The notes beneath the pieces were generated by a model. That model had not been told where the DNA came from, searched no databases, and saw only the letters and a list, made by a program, of their open reading frames with translations. Below are positions 23,537 to 24,902 of a DNA stretch of 24,902 bases, piece by piece. The stretch lies in IMG/VR virus record IMGVR_UViG_3300032261_000072, positions 1 through 24,902 of that record. The stretch is one strand, 5' to 3'. Each line of letters opens with the position of its first letter. The stretch's first letter is position 1. This DNA is from a virus (taxonomy: Duplodnaviria; Caudoviricetes). A program made the translations under genes and the position numbers.

Positions 23537-24902
23537 ATGGCAACCGGTGACCAAAATGACATCCAATCGCGCCTGCGCCAGCTGATCCCTCACGGCTGGT
23601 TCCTCAACGGCCTCTCGCCGCTGCGCGACGCGCTGCTCCTGGGCCTGGCGAACATCCTCGCGTTCGGCTACTCGGTGCTGGCCTACGTGCGCCTGCAGAC
23701 GCGCATCAGCACGGCCACCGACGGCTTCCTCGATCTGATCGCCGCCGACTTCTTCGGCAGCAACCTGACGCGGGCGGCGAACCAGACCGACGCCAGCTTC
23801 CGCTCGCGGATCCTGATCAACATCTTCCGCGAGCGCGTCACGCGCCGTGCGGTCATCAGCATCCTGACTCAGTTGACTGGACGCGCGCCGATCGTCTTCG
23901 AGCCGGCACGGCCCGCGGATACGGGAGCCTATGGCGCCGCGGTCGCTGTCTCGCGCGCTGCATCGGCGACCTACTACGACTCGACGGGCACGCTGCGCGT
24001 CGCACCGCCGAACACGCCGCGCTACACGTACGACCCGGCAAATTTGTCGGCGCCGTCGAGTCTGTTGATCGAGAGCGCGACCACAAACCAAGTCATCAAC
24101 TCGTCCGCATTTGGTGCCACTGGTTGGGTGAACGCGAGTGCACTTGTCACGCCCAACGCGAGCAGCGCGCCGGACGGGACGTCAACCGCCAGCATGCTTG
24201 CAGAGGCGGCTGCGACAGCAGGTCACTACATCGGTCAAACGCCAATCTTCACGGCAGGTCAGCCCTATACCGCTTCCGCTTACGCTAAGGCAGCAGTCGG
24301 GCTGCGGTACTTCCAGCTCGTGCTGACCGTGAGCGCCTTCGGCGTCAACATCATCGGGTCTTTCGACCTGGTTGCTGGCGCGACTGCGGTCACCGGACCA
24401 GGTACGGTGCGAGCTCAGTATGTTGGCAATGGTTGGTGGCGGTGCAGCCTAACGGCGACTCCGACAACGACATCGGCCGCCGGTGTTCAGTTGCGTCTTT
24501 CGACTGGCCTGAATGCGTTCGCTCCGACGTACCTCGGCGATGGAGCTTCCGGCGTGTATCTGTGGGGTGCACAGGTCGAGGCTTCGGCGAGTGCAACAAG
24601 CTACATCGCTACCGGAGCTACCGCAGCTTCGCGCGACGCCGATGTCATCGTCAACAACATGCCGGCTGGCTCTGGAGCCTCCGGTGGCTACGGTGTTGCC
24701 GGCGGCTACGGCTCGTTGCTGCTGCCCATGCAGGCTTTCGTGACCGCCTACCGGCCGGCCACCTCGGGCATCTCCGGCGCCGGGCCCTACGGCGTGGTGC
24801 AGACCCAGATCACGGGCGCGACCTACATGCTCGGGGGCATGCTGATCCCGCAACAGTCGGTGGGCATCGGCGGCCCGGGCGGCTACGGTGTTGGAGCAAT
24901 CG
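23537..24902 (+). CDS. Baseplate wedge protein (gpI / Mu gp48-like) with inserted fibre/CBM-like domain; 3' truncated by window
   Basis: Hand translation open from ATG 23537 (RBS GAGGA) to window end: MATGDQNDIQSRL...TATDGFLDLIAADFFG...DASFRSRI...; missing from ORF track because no stop lies in the window. Confidence 0.85.
   Translation, partial: MATGDQNDIQSRLRQLIPHGWFLNGLSPLRDALLLGLANILAFGYSVLAYVRLQTRISTATDGFLDLIAADFFGSNLTRAANQTDASFRSRILINIFRERVTRRAVISILTQLTGRAPIVFEPARPADTGAYGAAVAVSRAASATYYDSTGTLRVAPPNTPRYTYDPANLSAPSSLLIESATTNQVINSSAFGATGWVNASALVTPNASSAPDGTSTASMLAEAAATAGHYIGQTPIFTAGQPYTASAYAKAAVGLRYFQLVLTVSAFGVNIIGSFDLVAGATAVTGPGTVRAQYVGNGWWRCSLTATPTTTSAAGVQLRLSTGLNAFAPTYLGDGASGVYLWGAQVEASASATSYIATGATAASRDADVIVNNMPAGSGASGGYGVAGGYGSLLLPMQAFVTAYRPATSGISGAGPYGVVQTQITGATYMLGGMLIPQQSVGIGGPGGYGVGAI

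Larger units (their letters stand above)
1..24902 (+). mobile_element. Late (packaging, head, contractile tail, baseplate) region of a temperate myovirus-like phage/prophage; ends not in window
   Basis: Co-directional, tightly overlapping genes in canonical order terminase-portal-protease-capsid-neck-sheath-tube-chaperone-tape measure-baseplate. Confidence 0.97.

Noticed and set aside
13400-24902. Tailocin, eCIS or T6SS interpretation
   Set aside because: Intact terminase, portal, protease and capsid genes are in the same operon

Overview
High-GC window (host probably a proteobacterium, inferred) holding the late region of a temperate contractile-tailed (myovirus-type) phage or prophage, almost entirely on the + strand. 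Gene order: Q-like Zn-finger antiterminator; sigma70 late promoter with a terminated, structured leader; small Cys-rich ORF; ~270-nt apparently non-coding structured segment; phage metallopeptidase; TerS and TerL; portal; three small ORFs; protease-scaffold; major capsid; head completion/neck genes; accessory beta-rich virion protein; sheath; inserted HNH endonuclease; tube; tail chaperone with a -1 frameshift; gp10-like gene; antisense membrane ORF; tape measure; LysM protein; hub; spike; wedge W/J/I (last gene runs off the window). No lysis, integrase, tRNA, CRISPR or RT genes are seen. Most notable: a lambda PR'-like architecture whose lysis slot holds a small protein flanked by putative structured RNAs, a recoded patch beside the HNH gene, a 750-bp in-frame domain insertion in the wedge gene, a nested scaffold start with repeated candidate cleavage motifs, and a beta-module shared by two neck-region proteins. 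All product calls come from motifs, recalled family resemblance and synteny; no database search was run.
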